Shown here: positions 1 through 14,476 of the stretch, in pieces
Numbering within the stretch: position 1 is the first letter of the stretch
Layout: each line of letters starts with the position of its first letter
Assembly (NCBI GenBank): GCA_046597055.1
Contig: JBKJLC010000229.1
Span: forward strand, 1-60,012
Direction of reading: 5' to 3'
DNA length: 60,012 nucleotides
Origin: Kofleriaceae bacterium
GTDB taxonomy: Bacteria; Myxococcota_A; Polyangia; Haliangiales; Haliangiaceae
The notes under the pieces: generated by a model
What the model was told of the DNA's origin: nothing
The model's database searches: none
Seen by the model: the letters and a program-made list of their open reading frames with translations, nothing else
Made by a program: the position numbers and the translations under genes

Positions 1-261
1 GGACGCACGGTACGGGCTGTCGCACGAGAGGCATCTCCGTCGAGCACGGGGCGGGTGTTCGAGACCGGCACGGAGGACGAGCCGAGGCGGGGACGAGGTC
101 CCAGGCGCGCTCGTAAATTCCCCGGCCGGGCGGTGCGTGCGTCGGCGGGTTGGGGCAATGGCACCGGCGTGCGTCACGCCCGGGGACCCCGGATCGAGCA
201 AGCGCCGGGACCTCGGCTTCGCCGACGGCGAGGCCGGCCGCGCGCACCCCAGCGCCGCCAC

Positions 262-395
262 GGGTCGAAGCGAACGCGCGTTCGAACCAAAGCGAAAGAA
301 GTGATCAATCCTGAGGGCTGCCCTCTGAACTGAGCCGGCGCCGCGAGCGCCGGCTCAGGGCCACCGGAACCGGGAAGCGCTTTCGAGGCTCCGGA
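262..395. repeat. REP/MITE-like palindromic repeat, degenerate copy A
   Basis: Has GTGATCAATCCTGAG and ...GCTCAGGGCCACCGG, motifs shared with the copies at ~16730-17060, 37275, 50180 and 56695. Internal hairpin CTGAGCCGGCGC-N5-GCGCCGGCTCAG at 330-358. Confidence 0.65.
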
Positions 396-434
396 CCGAA
401 CGATGGTGCCAGGCGCAAGCGACTCGCAGAGGCT

Positions 435-1025
435 CTAACCCTGCATCGCCTTCTGGTAGGCCGGGCGCGCGCGCAGCGCGTCCATCCAGGCGGTGACGCG
501 GGGGCCCACCGGCGCTGCGTTGGTCCGCAGCGCCAGGTTGGCAACCGAGGCGACGTTGACGTCGGCGACCGTGAACCGACCGCCGACCAGGTAGTCGCCG
601 GTCAGCGCGGTCTCGAGCTGGCCGAGGTAGCGCGCGCAGCCCGCCTTGCCGCCCTCGACCTGGGCCGGGTCGCGCTGGTCGGCCGGCAGGATGAACGTGT
701 GGAGCAGGATCTTCATCGCCTCGGGCTGGAAGTTGGTCGCCGCCCAGTACGACCACTGGTCGATCAAGGCCCACTCCTCCACGCTCTGGCCCGCCATCTC
801 CGGGCGATACTTCTCGACGAGGTACTGGTTGATCGCCCACGACTCGAACAGGGTGAGGCCGCCATCGACGAGGAACGGGATCTTGCCGCCCGGGTTGACC
901 GCGCGGAACTCCGCTGACGGATCGCGCGGGTTGATCACGACGTAGTCGTAGGGGACCCCGACCTCCTCCAGCATCCACCGCGTGCGGCCGGCGCTCGACA
1001 TCGGCGCGCCATAGAACTTGATCAT
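435..1025 (-). CDS. Glutathione S-transferase family protein
   Basis: [21 protein letters not shown]...[27 protein letters not shown] (GST-N) and [12 protein letters not shown] (GST-C). Strong AGGAGG RBS before ATG 1025. Confidence 0.93.
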   Translation of the reverse strand: MIKFYGAPMSSAGRTRWMLEEVGVPYDYVVINPRDPSAEFRAVNPGGKIPFLVDGGLTLFESWAINQYLVEKYRPEMAGQSVEEWALIDQWSYWAATNFQPEAMKILLHTFILPADQRDPAQVEGGKAGCARYLGQLETALTGDYLVGGRFTVADVNVASVANLALRTNAAPVGPRVTAWMDALRARPAYQKAMQG

Positions 1026-1157
1026 GGCAATCCTCCTGCCGGGACCAGCCGGCGAACGGTTGTATCGCGGGGCGTGGGCGAGCGCACGCGGCCCCCAGAA
1101 ACCCCCTCCCGCCCGCGGGTTTTCGCGTAAGGTCACCGACGATCTTCCGGAGTCCTG

Positions 1158-2033
1158 ATGTCCTACCTCGCTCGTCTCCCGCTCGCCCTCGCTGCTGCTC
1201 TTGCTGCCTGCGGACCGTCCGTGTCCGGTGGTGATGATGACGACGACAATCGACCGATCGACGCCGCGCTGGGCGACGGTGGGCTGCCGGGCGACGGCGG
1301 CGAGCAGGAGCTGCCGAGCCGCGTCTACGCGCACTCGGGCACGATGCTCTACCGGGTCGACACGACCACGTTCGTGGCGACGCCGATCGGCGCGTTCACC
1401 AACCTCGACAGCAACCAGAGCGTGCTCGACCTGGCGGTCGATCGCGACGAGCGCATGATCGGCGTCACCAGCAGCAAGATCTACGAGATCAACGAGACCA
1501 ACGCGCAGATGACCCAGCTGGCCATCTACACCGGCGAATCGATCAACAGCCTGTCGTTCGTGCCCGCCAACGCGGGCGACCCCGATGGTCTCGAGATGCT
1601 GGTGGCTGCGACCCGGACCGGCGACGTGGTCCGGATCGACATCGCCAACAACACCGCGACGCCGTTCGTCATTGGCAACTACGGCCAGCACCTTGGGGAG
1701 GACGTCGTGTCGAGCGGTGACATCGTCTACGTGAAGGGCTTCGGCACGGTCGCCACCGTCGACGTCGGCACCACCCCCGGCACGCTGGACTCGCTGGCGC
1801 GGATCGACCCGGCCAACAACTGGCGCGCGACCGTGCTCGGTAGCACCGGCACCGACAAGATCTTCGGGCTGGCCTACTGGAGTGGCCGCCTGTACGGGTT
1901 TGCCGACACCGGCGCCACCACCGGCGCCTTCCTCCGGATCGACACCCAGACCGGGTCGGGCTCGCTGCTGCAGGCCGGCGCGGTCCGCTGGTTCGGCGCT
2001 GGCGTGACCACCATCGCGCCCACGATCGATTAG
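1158..2033 (+). CDS. Lipoprotein, probable beta-propeller-like secreted protein of myxobacterial type
   Basis: Lipobox LAAC, Asp-rich linker, repeated beta-rich blades, C-terminal [18 protein letters not shown]. Confidence 0.75.
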   Translation: MSYLARLPLALAAALAACGPSVSGGDDDDDNRPIDAALGDGGLPGDGGEQELPSRVYAHSGTMLYRVDTTTFVATPIGAFTNLDSNQSVLDLAVDRDERMIGVTSSKIYEINETNAQMTQLAIYTGESINSLSFVPANAGDPDGLEMLVAATRTGDVVRIDIANNTATPFVIGNYGQHLGEDVVSSGDIVYVKGFGTVATVDVGTTPGTLDSLARIDPANNWRATVLGSTGTDKIFGLAYWSGRLYGFADTGATTGAFLRIDTQTGSGSLLQAGAVRWFGAGVTTIAPTID

Positions 2034-2073
2034 CGTTCCGACCGGCCGCGCGGCCGCGTTACTGTGCAGGCTG

Positions 2074-3969
2074 ATGCGGGGCAGAGCGGTTGTTGCGTTC
2101 GCGATGTGGTCGGCGTGCGCGTCCTCCGAGCTCGATCCGGGCGGCGACGCCGGCGCGCAGGTCCGCGACGGGCCTCAGTCCGACGCCCCGACCGACGCGC
2201 CCGCGCTGCCGATCGATGCGACCGCCGACGCTCCCGACGACGCCATGGCGGTCGCCCGGCTCTGGCGTGACGACACCGCCGCCGAGCTCGGCGCCGGGCT
2301 CACGTTCGACCAGGCCGTGGTGGAGGCCTACGGCGCGCTCACGCCGGCGGCCTACTACACCGGCGGTCTGCTGTGGCGGGCGAGCGACACCGGGACGTTC
2401 ACTGACGGGGCCAACACCTCGTGGGCGACGGTGACCGCGCTGGCGTCGACCGGGCGCACCGCGATCACGCGCGCGACCTCGCTCGGGTTTGGCCCCGACA
2501 CCCCGCCCTCGGTCGGGCTCACCCACGGCGACGCGTGGGCGATGTGGTTCGAGGGCGAGGTCTACCTCGACGCCGGCGCCTACACGTTCTCGCTGCTCGC
2601 CGACGACGTCGCGTTCGTCGAGCTGGCCGCGACGCCGACCGCCGCCTTCCAGCGGGTGGCCTGGGCGACCTGGCCCAACGAGAGCTCCGGCACCTTTTCC
2701 GCGCCGGCCCCAGGCTGGTATCCGCTGCGAGTCGCCCTGTCCGAGGGCGTGGGCGATGCCCAGCTCCAGCTGCGCGTGCTGGGGCCGGGCGTGCCGACCC
2801 TCCAGCCGATCCCGCGCCATCGCCTGCGCACCCGGACCAGCGGCTTGGTCGGGCTGGTCCAGGCCGGGTTCGACGACGGCAAGCTGGTCGGTGACGTCGA
2901 GCACACGATCGACGCGGTCACCCCCGCCAACACCGGCTGGGGCACCGGCAACCCCGGCGACCTCGGCATGACCTCCGCCGACGACTTCAGCGTGCGCTGG
3001 AGCGGGCAGCTGCGCGTCGACGTCCCCGGCGCCTACACCTTCCGCTACGTCACCGACGACGGCCAGCGGCTGTGGATCGACGGCCTGAGGCTGCTCGACG
3101 CGTGGGACGAGTCGACTCACGACCAGACCACCGGCGCGGTCACCCTGACCGCCGGGTGGCACGACCTGGTCATCGACCACAGCGAGCGCGGCGGCGGCGC
3201 CCAGGCAGTGCTGTCGGTCGCGACGGGCCCCGAGCTGGCCGGGCAGACCCTGCCGCTCGACCGGCTGCGGCCGGTCGAGGGCCGCGCCGAGCGGTACGAG
3301 ACCGGCGTCGACCGCGTCGACCGCGCGATCCCGGCGCTCGGGCAGGCCCCCGACTCGGCCGTCACCCTGGTCGCGCCGCCGGGAGCGGCGGTGACCAGCG
3401 TCGACATCAGCTACACGGTCTCGCACACCTGCTTCTCCGACCTCGAGATCCGGTTGATCGCGCCCAACGGAGGCAGCGCCCTGGTCCGGCCTCGCAGCGG
3501 GGCCTGCACCCAGGGCCGCTTCACCGAGCGGCTGACCCGTCTCGACCTCAACGGCGGCCCGGCGGCGGGGACCTGGCTCCTCCGGGTGAACGACCTGGTC
3601 GCCAGCGACGCCGGCACCCTCGAGGACGTCCAGATCACCGTCCATCACGCGGGCGGCGAGCCGCCGATCGCCGCGGTGGCGGCGTACGAGTCGCAGGTGC
3701 GCGACCTCGGGGACGTGGCCGCGATCACCCGCGTGACGTGGGTCGAGCGGCGCCCGACGGGTGCCGCGGTCGCGGTCCGCGTGCGCACCTGCGCCGAGGC
3801 CGCGGGTTGCGCGGGCGCGCCCTGGAGCGCGCCGCTGGGCAACCCGGCCGGCGGCGTGCCAGCGGTGACGCCGCGTCGATTCGCGCAGTACCGGGTCGAG
3901 CTCACCTCCGACGGCGATCGGGCGCCGGCCGTCGACGAGGTGTCGATCGAGTACACCGTCAATCCGTGA
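2074..3969 (+). CDS. Secreted lipoprotein with two PA14 domains and a proprotein-convertase P-domain
   Basis: [16 protein letters not shown]...DDGQRLWID (PA14, occurs twice); [24 protein letters not shown]...GTWLLRVND...DAGTL (P-domain); signal peptide ending in Cys. Confidence 0.82.
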   Translation: MRGRAVVAFAMWSACASSELDPGGDAGAQVRDGPQSDAPTDAPALPIDATADAPDDAMAVARLWRDDTAAELGAGLTFDQAVVEAYGALTPAAYYTGGLLWRASDTGTFTDGANTSWATVTALASTGRTAITRATSLGFGPDTPPSVGLTHGDAWAMWFEGEVYLDAGAYTFSLLADDVAFVELAATPTAAFQRVAWATWPNESSGTFSAPAPGWYPLRVALSEGVGDAQLQLRVLGPGVPTLQPIPRHRLRTRTSGLVGLVQAGFDDGKLVGDVEHTIDAVTPANTGWGTGNPGDLGMTSADDFSVRWSGQLRVDVPGAYTFRYVTDDGQRLWIDGLRLLDAWDESTHDQTTGAVTLTAGWHDLVIDHSERGGGAQAVLSVATGPELAGQTLPLDRLRPVEGRAERYETGVDRVDRAIPALGQAPDSAVTLVAPPGAAVTSVDISYTVSHTCFSDLEIRLIAPNGGSALVRPRSGACTQGRFTERLTRLDLNGGPAAGTWLLRVNDLVASDAGTLEDVQITVHHAGGEPPIAAVAAYESQVRDLGDVAAITRVTWVERRPTGAAVAVRVRTCAEAAGCAGAPWSAPLGNPAGGVPAVTPRRFAQYRVELTSDGDRAPAVDEVSIEYTVNP

Positions 3970-3986
3970 CGGGATACAACACGGAC

Positions 3987-4406
3987 GTGTCCCTGGGTCG
4001 GCGCGCCGAACAGCCCACCATGCCGACGGTGGTCGTCGACCGCTTGTTCGTCTACGGGACCCTGCGGACCGGTCAGCGGGCCCGGCGCCTCGTCGAGGAG
4101 TTCGTGCGCTCGGTGGAGCCCGGCACCTGCGCGGGCTCGATGTACGACTTCCCCGCCGGGTACCCCGGGATCGTGCTGGACGGCATGATGCAGATCGTCG
4201 GCGAGATCGTTCACCTCGCCGACCTGCCGGCCGCGCTCCCGCTGCTCGATGCCTACGAGGGCGACGAGTTCACGCGGGTGCTCACCGAGGTCGAGGGCCC
4301 CGCCGGCAAGTGCTGGTGCTGGGTCTACGTGCTGGCGGATCCCGAGCTCACCGAGGACGGGACGCTGGTCGCCAGCGGCGACTGGGCGAGCCACGTGGCT
4401 CGCTGA
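3987..4406 (+). CDS. Gamma-glutamylcyclotransferase (AIG2-like) family protein
   Basis: LFVYGTLR...YPG...GE...LDAYEG motifs. GTG 3987 has TACAAC 6 nt upstream; alternative ATG at 4020. Confidence 0.88.
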   Translation: MSLGRRAEQPTMPTVVVDRLFVYGTLRTGQRARRLVEEFVRSVEPGTCAGSMYDFPAGYPGIVLDGMMQIVGEIVHLADLPAALPLLDAYEGDEFTRVLTEVEGPAGKCWCWVYVLADPELTEDGTLVASGDWASHVAR

Positions 4407-4474
4407 GCGGGGCCGGGGCCGGGCACCAGACGGCGTGCGTCAGGTCCGGTCGAGCCACCTGGTGTGGAAGGATT

Positions 4475-4594
4475 TCAGGAACCGAAGTAGGCGGCGAGGA
4501 CCATCGTCAGAGCCATGAGGGCGAGAGCGAGGGTGCCGAAGCTGACCTCGCGGGGGCGTGTACTGCTGGAGCCACTGTTCACGGGGCCCAGCAT
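4475..4594 (-). CDS. Putative small single-pass membrane peptide (39 aa from ATG 4594, or 35 aa from GTG 4582)
   Basis: Hand translation MLGPVNSGSSSTRPREVSFGTLALALMALTMVLAAYFGS*. Hydrophobic C-terminal half; TTGACT-N16-AATGCT upstream of GTG 4582. Too short for the ORF track. Confidence 0.5.
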   Translation of the reverse strand: MLGPVNSGSSSTRPREVSFGTLALALMALTMVLAAYFGS

Positions 4595-4650
4595 TGCTCA
4601 ACGGCTGGGGTAGTCAAGGATAGCGCCAGGGTTTCTCGCGAGCAGATTCC

Positions 4651-4692
4651 GTAGTAATTACAAATATATAGATTAATTTCCAGCACTTACAG
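4651..4692. promoter_or_regulatory. AT-rich intergenic island, probable regulatory site
   Basis: GTAGTAATTACAAATATATAGATTAATTTCCAGCACTTACAG in an otherwise very GC-rich window, between divergent ORFs. Confidence 0.55.
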
Positions 4693-4809
4693 CCCAGCTA
4701 GAGGCGCATTGGTTGTACCAATACCGCGGCCAAGTCCGCGACGTCTCGTCAGTGCCGACCCGGGCTCGGCGGCGTGCCGGGGGGGTGACGGGCCTGCTAC
4801 ACCCCCCGG

Positions 4810-5451
4810 GTGCTTCTTCGCGAGACGTTCCCGGCCGGCCCGTTCCAGTGCAACTGCAGCGTCATCGCGTGCGGCGATAGCAAGGACGCGATCGTCATCG
4901 ACCCCGGGGGCGAGACCGAACGGATCGCCGAGATCATCGCCCAGTACGACCTGACCGTGAAGGCGATCATCCACACCCACGCCCACCTCGATCACATCTA
5001 CTGCACGCGGGACATCAAGGAGACCCACGGCGGCGAGGTGTGCCTCCACCCCGGCGATCGGTTCCTCTACGACGGCGCCGCGATGCAGGCCGCGATGTTC
5101 GGCTGGGCGCCGCGCCCGATGGTGACGGTCGACCGCTGGCTCGCCGATGGCGAGGCGCTCGCGTTCGGCAAGCGGACCGCGCAGGTGCTCCACACGCCCG
5201 GCCACACCCCGGGCTCGGTCTGCTTCGAGGTGACCGTGCCGGGCGAGCGCACGCTGGTGTTCGCCGGCGACACCCTGTTCCGGCGCAGCGTCGGGCGCAC
5301 CGACCTGCCCGGCGGCGACGCCAAGGTCCTGGCCGCGTCGATCCGGGAGCGGCTGTACACCCGTGACCTCGACGCGATCGTCGTGCCCGGCCACGGGCCG
5401 ACCACGGTCCTCGGCGACGAGGCGCGGGCCAATCCGTTCGTCCGCGCCTGA
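4810..5451 (+). CDS. MBL-fold metallo-hydrolase (glyoxalase II/YcbL-like)
   Basis: GPFQCNC, IDPG, HTHAHLDH, HTPGHTPG, GDTLF...GRTDLPGGD, VPGHG. Confidence 0.93.
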   Translation: MLLRETFPAGPFQCNCSVIACGDSKDAIVIDPGGETERIAEIIAQYDLTVKAIIHTHAHLDHIYCTRDIKETHGGEVCLHPGDRFLYDGAAMQAAMFGWAPRPMVTVDRWLADGEALAFGKRTAQVLHTPGHTPGSVCFEVTVPGERTLVFAGDTLFRRSVGRTDLPGGDAKVLAASIRERLYTRDLDAIVVPGHGPTTVLGDEARANPFVRA

Positions 5452-6248
5452 CGGTGCATCACCCGCGCCGCCGGTCGGTCGTCGACCCGCGCCGCTTGGT
5501 CGGCCGCGCGTCGGCGCTGCGCGGGAGCGGCTTCGGCGCCTCGGGCTCCGGCTGCCTCGCCAGGGCCGCTTCGACCTGACGGATCCGTCCTCGGCGACAC
5601 GCTGCTGCGCAGCCTCGCGTCGGTCGCGGTCCGCAGGGGCCTTGGCCTCGCGCTTGAGCTCGTCGACGCGCTTGCGTGCAGCCGTCACGAAGTCAACCAG
5701 CCGCGGCTTGCGTCGGAACGACGCGGGCCTCGCCGAAGCGCGCACCTGCCTGCCGTCGTGGGTCACCCGTCGAAGCGTCACCAGCCCGGCTGCCATCAGC
5801 ATGCCGAGCACCTCGGACATCAGTTGATCGAGCGCCGCGTCGTGGCCGACGCGGAACTCCGCCAGCAGGTGGTCGTTGATGCTGACGCCGCCGCAGATCC
5901 ACTGGTAGGCCGCATGTTGCCTGCACAGCTCGGCCAGCTCGCGCGCTGACCCGACCCCTCGATCGTCGCGTACAGCCACAGGCCGACCAGACGCCCGGGA
6001 TCTGGCGCCGGGACGTCCGCGGGGCCTACGCGGGCCTCGTTCGCTTCATCGAAGCGGCGCAGGTCGAGCCGCTCGACCGCGGCCCACAGGATCCGCGCGG
6101 GATGGTCCTCCGGGATCAACGGGTCGAGGTCGACGACCTCCAGGCCCACCTGGTCGCGGGCGGCCGCGCGCACCCGGGGTGCGCCCCGGGCCGTCGTCCG
6201 CTCCGCGTCCCTGATCTTCTCGGCGTCGAACCGGTCGTGCTGCGCCAC
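5452..6248 (-). pseudogene. Frameshifted and truncated IS1182-family transposase remnant
   Basis: LIPEDHPARILWAAVERLDL...PDPGRLVGLWLYATIEG, then a frameshift to GSARELAELC...AYQWICGGVSINDHLLAEFR...DGRQVRASA, then another shift to an STTD..ARVM-like segment. The rest of the DDE domain is absent. Confidence 0.8.
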
Positions 6249-6258
6249 GAACCGAGAT

Positions 6259-6304
6259 GATCAGACGCGGGTCCGGATGTCCATCCGGACCCGCTGATCT
6301 GATC
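6259..6304. terminator. Strong hairpin downstream of the diiron oxygenase gene (terminator or IS-end structure)
   Basis: GCGGGTCCGGATG-TC-CATCCGGACCCGC (6267-6294) flanked by GATCAGA/TCTGATC. Confidence 0.55.
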
Positions 6305-6313
6305 GGGACGCTC

Positions 6314-7528
<1,215 letters not shown>

Positions 7529-7530
7529 GG

Positions 7531-8268
7531 TCACTCCTGGAGAGCGTCGGGTGGCGTCGCGGCGCGGGCGGCGACCACCTGCGCGAATACGGTGCGGACG
7601 GCGGCGGTGTGGAAGTGGATCATTGTTGCGTGGATCACGGGCAGCGCGCGTTCGATCATCGGGGCGACCGCGCGGGGATCCATGTCGCTCATGCGGCTGA
7701 ACAGGAGCCGGGTCTCGTGCTCGACCAGCGCGTCGGCAGCGGCGGCGAACGGGATCAGGTCGTCGATCTCCCAGCCGCGCTCGGTCGAGAAGCCGAGCCC
7801 GCGGAACTGGCTCCACAGGTCGAGCAGCCACAGCGCGTCGGTGGCGAGCTCGCGGTCGTCTCCGGTGCCGCGGACCGAGACCAGGCCGATCTCGACCATG
7901 CGCTCGACCTCGGCGAGGGGGACCCCGTGGCGGGCCGCGGCCTCGGCCAGCGAGACGCCGCGATCGGCGCCGACCACCGCGGCCGGCAGGTGGGTCGAGA
8001 CCTCGGCGAGCAGGTTGCGCTGGGCGTCGGGCAGGTCGTCGGTCTCGCCGGCGAGCAGCGCGCGGATGGCCTTGAGAGGCAGGAAGCGCTCGTCCTGGAG
8101 GCGGCGGATCAGGTGCAGGCGCTCGACGTGCTGGGGTCCGTACCAGGCCATGTTCTTGCCGGACTTCTCACCCTCGGGCAGCAGGCCAGCCTGGATGTAG
8201 AAGTGGATCGCCTGGCGCGACAGGCCGGTCTCGGCGCACAGGTCCTTCATGCGCAGCGGGCGGGTCAC
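7531..8268 (-). CDS. MerR-family transcriptional regulator
   Basis: MKDLCAETGLSRQAIHFYIQAGLLP...AWYGPQHVERLHLIRRLQ. GTGA overlap with the reductase stop. Confidence 0.9.
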   Translation of the reverse strand: MTRPLRMKDLCAETGLSRQAIHFYIQAGLLPEGEKSGKNMAWYGPQHVERLHLIRRLQDERFLPLKAIRALLAGETDDLPDAQRNLLAEVSTHLPAAVVGADRGVSLAEAAARHGVPLAEVERMVEIGLVSVRGTGDDRELATDALWLLDLWSQFRGLGFSTERGWEIDDLIPFAAAADALVEHETRLLFSRMSDMDPRAVAPMIERALPVIHATMIHFHTAAVRTVFAQVVAARAATPPDALQE

Positions 8269-9428
8269 GCGGCAGCCTCGACCGTGCACGGGCCCAGGGG
8301 GCGGGCGCAGCACGCGAGGATGGTGCCGCGCGCGCGCTCGAGGTCGGTGAGGCAGTTGGGCTCGTCCATGGCGACCTCGCCGGCGGTGAGCGTCACCGCG
8401 CACGCGCCGCAGCCGCCCATCGCGCAGCTCAGCTTGAGCGGCACGCCGGCGGCCAGGCCGGCGTCGAGGATGGTGGCGCCGGGGGCGACGATCACGTCGA
8501 GCGAGACGCCGCCGCGGCGGATGGTCACCGGCTGGGCGGTGTCGGTCGACGAGGCGGCCCGGCGGGCGGGGGCGGTGAAGCGCTCCTCGCGGATGAGCGC
8601 AGGTGGCACCGCGCGGGCGGTCAGGGCCACGCGCGCCTCGGCCATCATCGCCTCGGGGCCGCACACGTAGTGCGCCGCGCCGGCGGGCACGTCGTGCAGC
8701 CCGGCGGTGACCGTCGCGGCGTCGAGCCGACCGGCGGTGGCGCCGGGGCGGCCGGCGGGATCCTCGAGGACGTGGCGGACTGCGAGGCGGCCGGTGGCGG
8801 TCAGACCGTCGAGCTCGGCGGCGAAGATGATGGAGGCCGCGTCGCGGTTGCCGTAGAGCAGGGTGGCGGTGGAGCCGGGCTCGCCCGCGAGCAGGGCACG
8901 GAGGATCGACATGATCGGGGTGATGCCGCTGCCGCCGGCGATCGCCACGACGTGGCGGCCGGCCGTGGGCTCGGGGACCAGGGTGAACTCGCCCGAGGGC
9001 CCCAGCACCTGCAAGCGCATCCCGGGCGCGGCGTGCGCGTGCAGGTACGACGACACCCGGCCATCGGCGATCCGCTTGACCGTGAGGGTCACCGTGTCGG
9101 TGACGAGGTGCGACGACGATGCGGAGTAGGCCCGCCGCAGCGGCTCGGCCCCCGGCTCGGTCGCGACCAGCACGGTGAAGAACTGGCCGGGCAAGAACCC
9201 GATCGCCAGCCCGGCCGGGTCGCGCAGCACCAGACTGAGCGCATCGGGCGTCTCTCGCCGCACCTCCACGACCTCGAGCGACCGCGCCCGCGCTGCCGAC
9301 CCGGCCTCCCGGACCACCGGGTACACCGGCGACGGCGGCCTCACGATCACTGCCGGCGGATTCCGGCCCAGCAGGCCGTCGACCACCATCCGCACATCGC
9401 GCCGGAGCGCCGTCATGGACATCGACAT
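8265..9428 (-). CDS. FAD/NAD(P)-binding ferredoxin reductase with C-terminal 2Fe-2S domain (PaaE/KshB-like)
   Basis: FLPGQF, RRAYSASS, GRVSSYL, AGGSGITP, YVCGPEAM, SCAMGGCGAC...ILAC. Confidence 0.92.
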   Translation of the reverse strand: MSMSMTALRRDVRMVVDGLLGRNPPAVIVRPPSPVYPVVREAGSAARARSLEVVEVRRETPDALSLVLRDPAGLAIGFLPGQFFTVLVATEPGAEPLRRAYSASSSHLVTDTVTLTVKRIADGRVSSYLHAHAAPGMRLQVLGPSGEFTLVPEPTAGRHVVAIAGGSGITPIMSILRALLAGEPGSTATLLYGNRDAASIIFAAELDGLTATGRLAVRHVLEDPAGRPGATAGRLDAATVTAGLHDVPAGAAHYVCGPEAMMAEARVALTARAVPPALIREERFTAPARRAASSTDTAQPVTIRRGGVSLDVIVAPGATILDAGLAAGVPLKLSCAMGGCGACAVTLTAGEVAMDEPNCLTDLERARGTILACCARPLGPCTVEAAA

Positions 9429-9466
9429 CGTGAGAACCACCCTCGTCGATCACCGCCCTTTACGTC

Positions 9467-9484
9467 AAGTGTCATTTGACACTT
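9467..9484. promoter_or_regulatory. Palindromic operator AAGTGTCA-TT-TGACACTT upstream of the reductase-MerR-oxygenase operon
   Basis: Perfect 8-bp inverted repeat with a 2-nt spacer, overlapping a TTGACG -35-like hexamer on the minus strand. Confidence 0.7.
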
Positions 9485-9599
9485 CACCCATCAGCCACCT
9501 GCGGACTGATTACTTACAAGTACTTACTAATCTGCGGGCGCCTGCCACCTTGTGGCGTTCACCGATTCAAGTGGTTCATCTAGTTGGTACGGTAGGCCA

Positions 9600-10871
9600 A
9601 TGGCCGGCTTCACGCGGCGCGAGTGGCTGAAGACCACGGGGGCCGGCACGGCGGCGGCGGTGCTGCCGCATGGCGGTTGCGGCGGCGATGGGGCCGAGGC
9701 CACGGCGCTGGTGATGGAGGTCACCGAGGACCGGGCGATCGTCGCGGTCTGGTCGGCCGCGGCCACGTCGGCCGAGGTCGCGATCGAGACGCTGGCCGGC
9801 GAGCCGGTTGGGCGGTACCCGGTCGCGCTCGGGGCCGGCGGGACCGGCTCGGTCGACGCCCTCGGGCTCGCGCCCGGCACGACCTACCGCGCGCACGTCC
9901 GCACGAGCGACGGCACCGACCTGCCGCCGTACACGTTCGTCACCGCGCCCGCCGACGGTCGCACCGTGCGCATCGCGGTCGGCGCTGACATCGACCCCGA
10001 CCCGGCCTACGACTCGCCCATCTTCGACACGCTGGCGACCGCCGGCGCCGACCTCTACGTCTCGCTCGGCGACTGGCCGTACGCCGACAACCCGCCGTTC
10101 ACCGGCACCGCCGACAGCTGCCGCAGCCGCCACGTCGAGGCGCGCACCGCCGCCAAGCTCCAGGCCTGGCTCACCCGCACGTCGGTGCGCGGCATCTACG
10201 ACGACCACGAGGTCCGCAACGACTGGGACGCCGCCAGCGTCGCCGCCGACCCGACGCTCCACGCGACCACGCTGGCGGTGTGGGACGAGTTCTTCCCGCT
10301 CCGCGGCGGTCCCGACATCCCCCGCTACCGGCACTGGGCGTGGGGCCCCCACGTCGACTGCATCCTGCTCGACACCCGCCGCTACCGGTCGGCCTCCGAC
10401 GCCCCCGACGGTTCCGAGAAGACCATGCTCGGCGCGGTGCAGCGCGCGTGGCTGCTCGACCGCGTCACGACCAGCCGCGCGCCGTTCAAGCTCGTCTTCA
10501 CGTCGGTGCCGCTCGACTACGGCCACGGGGTCGATCACTGGGCCGGCTACACGGTCGAGCGCGACGGCCTCCTCGACGCGATCGCCGACGCCGGCACCAC
10601 CGGCGTCCTGTTCGTCGCCGGCGATCAGCACTGGTTCGCGTCGCAGGTCCACCGCCACGGCGCCCGCGAGATCCAGGTCGGGCCGCTCGCGCGCGCGCCG
10701 TTCACGCCGCCGTCGGGCTACCCGGGCGTGCTCGCGACCGCTGCGGTCTACAACTTCGGCGTGCTCGACGTCGCCGCCGACACGCTGCGCGTCCGCGCGC
10801 TCGGCGCCGACGGCGCGGTGCTCCACGACGAGACCTTCGCTCCCGACGACCTGCGCCTGCGCCGCACCTGA
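9600..10871 (+). CDS. phoD: Alkaline phosphatase D family protein with Tat signal
   Basis: TRREWLK twin-arginine signal; LGDWPYAD, YDDHEVRND, LLDTRRYRS, TMLGAVQRAWL, GDQH. Confidence 0.88.
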   Translation: MAGFTRREWLKTTGAGTAAAVLPHGGCGGDGAEATALVMEVTEDRAIVAVWSAAATSAEVAIETLAGEPVGRYPVALGAGGTGSVDALGLAPGTTYRAHVRTSDGTDLPPYTFVTAPADGRTVRIAVGADIDPDPAYDSPIFDTLATAGADLYVSLGDWPYADNPPFTGTADSCRSRHVEARTAAKLQAWLTRTSVRGIYDDHEVRNDWDAASVAADPTLHATTLAVWDEFFPLRGGPDIPRYRHWAWGPHVDCILLDTRRYRSASDAPDGSEKTMLGAVQRAWLLDRVTTSRAPFKLVFTSVPLDYGHGVDHWAGYTVERDGLLDAIADAGTTGVLFVAGDQHWFASQVHRHGAREIQVGPLARAPFTPPSGYPGVLATAAVYNFGVLDVAADTLRVRALGADGAVLHDETFAPDDLRLRRT

Positions 10872-10959
10872 GCGAGGCGGCGCCGAGCCGTACCGATGGC
10901 GCGCCAGCCCGCGGCCGACCCCTGGGATTCGCCGTCGGTCAGACCGGCGGTCTCGACCG

Positions 10960-11193
10960 TCACTCCCAGGCGATGTCGACGCCCTCTTCGCCGTCTTCGA
11001 GCGCGCTCTCGAGCATCGCGAGGAGCTCGGGGTCGCACTTGTTGTCGGAGAAGAGCTCCAGGGTGTCCTGGTCGATGAAGTAGTCCTGATCCTCGTCGTC
11101 CTCTTCCTCGAGCATGCCGACGAGGAACTTCAGCTGCGACTCGGTGAGCTGTCCGAGGGTTTTGTCGTTGTCGACCCGATACAAACGCGCCAT
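10960..11193 (-). CDS. Small acidic conserved hypothetical protein
   Basis: [41 protein letters not shown]...; typical GC3 bias. Confidence 0.75.
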   Translation of the reverse strand: MARLYRVDNDKTLGQLTESQLKFLVGMLEEEDDEDQDYFIDQDTLELFSDNKCDPELLAMLESALEDGEEGVDIAWE

Positions 11194-11258
11194 CCCCGGA
11201 GTCTGCCCGTATCCTCGTCCGCTGGTCAACGCGGGGCGCGACCCGGCATAGTTCCTTC

Positions 11259-12134
<876 letters not shown>

Positions 12135-12219
12135 GCCGAGCGTCGCGAGGCGGCTCTGGATGTGCGCCCAGCATGCGGCGCGACCGGCCTCCGGGCCCGG
12201 ACCCAGCCGAGGTCCCAGC

Positions 12220-14391
<2,172 letters not shown>

Positions 14392-14476
14392 GCCCGGCCT
14401 CGCGGTCGATCCTTCGGCCGGGTGCTCGCTGCTGCGCCCGCCGGGGACGGAGCCGCGCCGCCTGGCCGCGCCTGGC

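Noticed and set aside
55..333. 92-aa plus-strand ORF
   Set aside because: Arg-rich low-complexity translation running into the repeat element; no coding signature.
4687..5979. 430-aa minus-strand ORF as an intact transposase
   Set aside because: Only the N-terminal ~130 aa are transposase-like; the remainder is off-frame or antisense to the MBL hydrolase gene.
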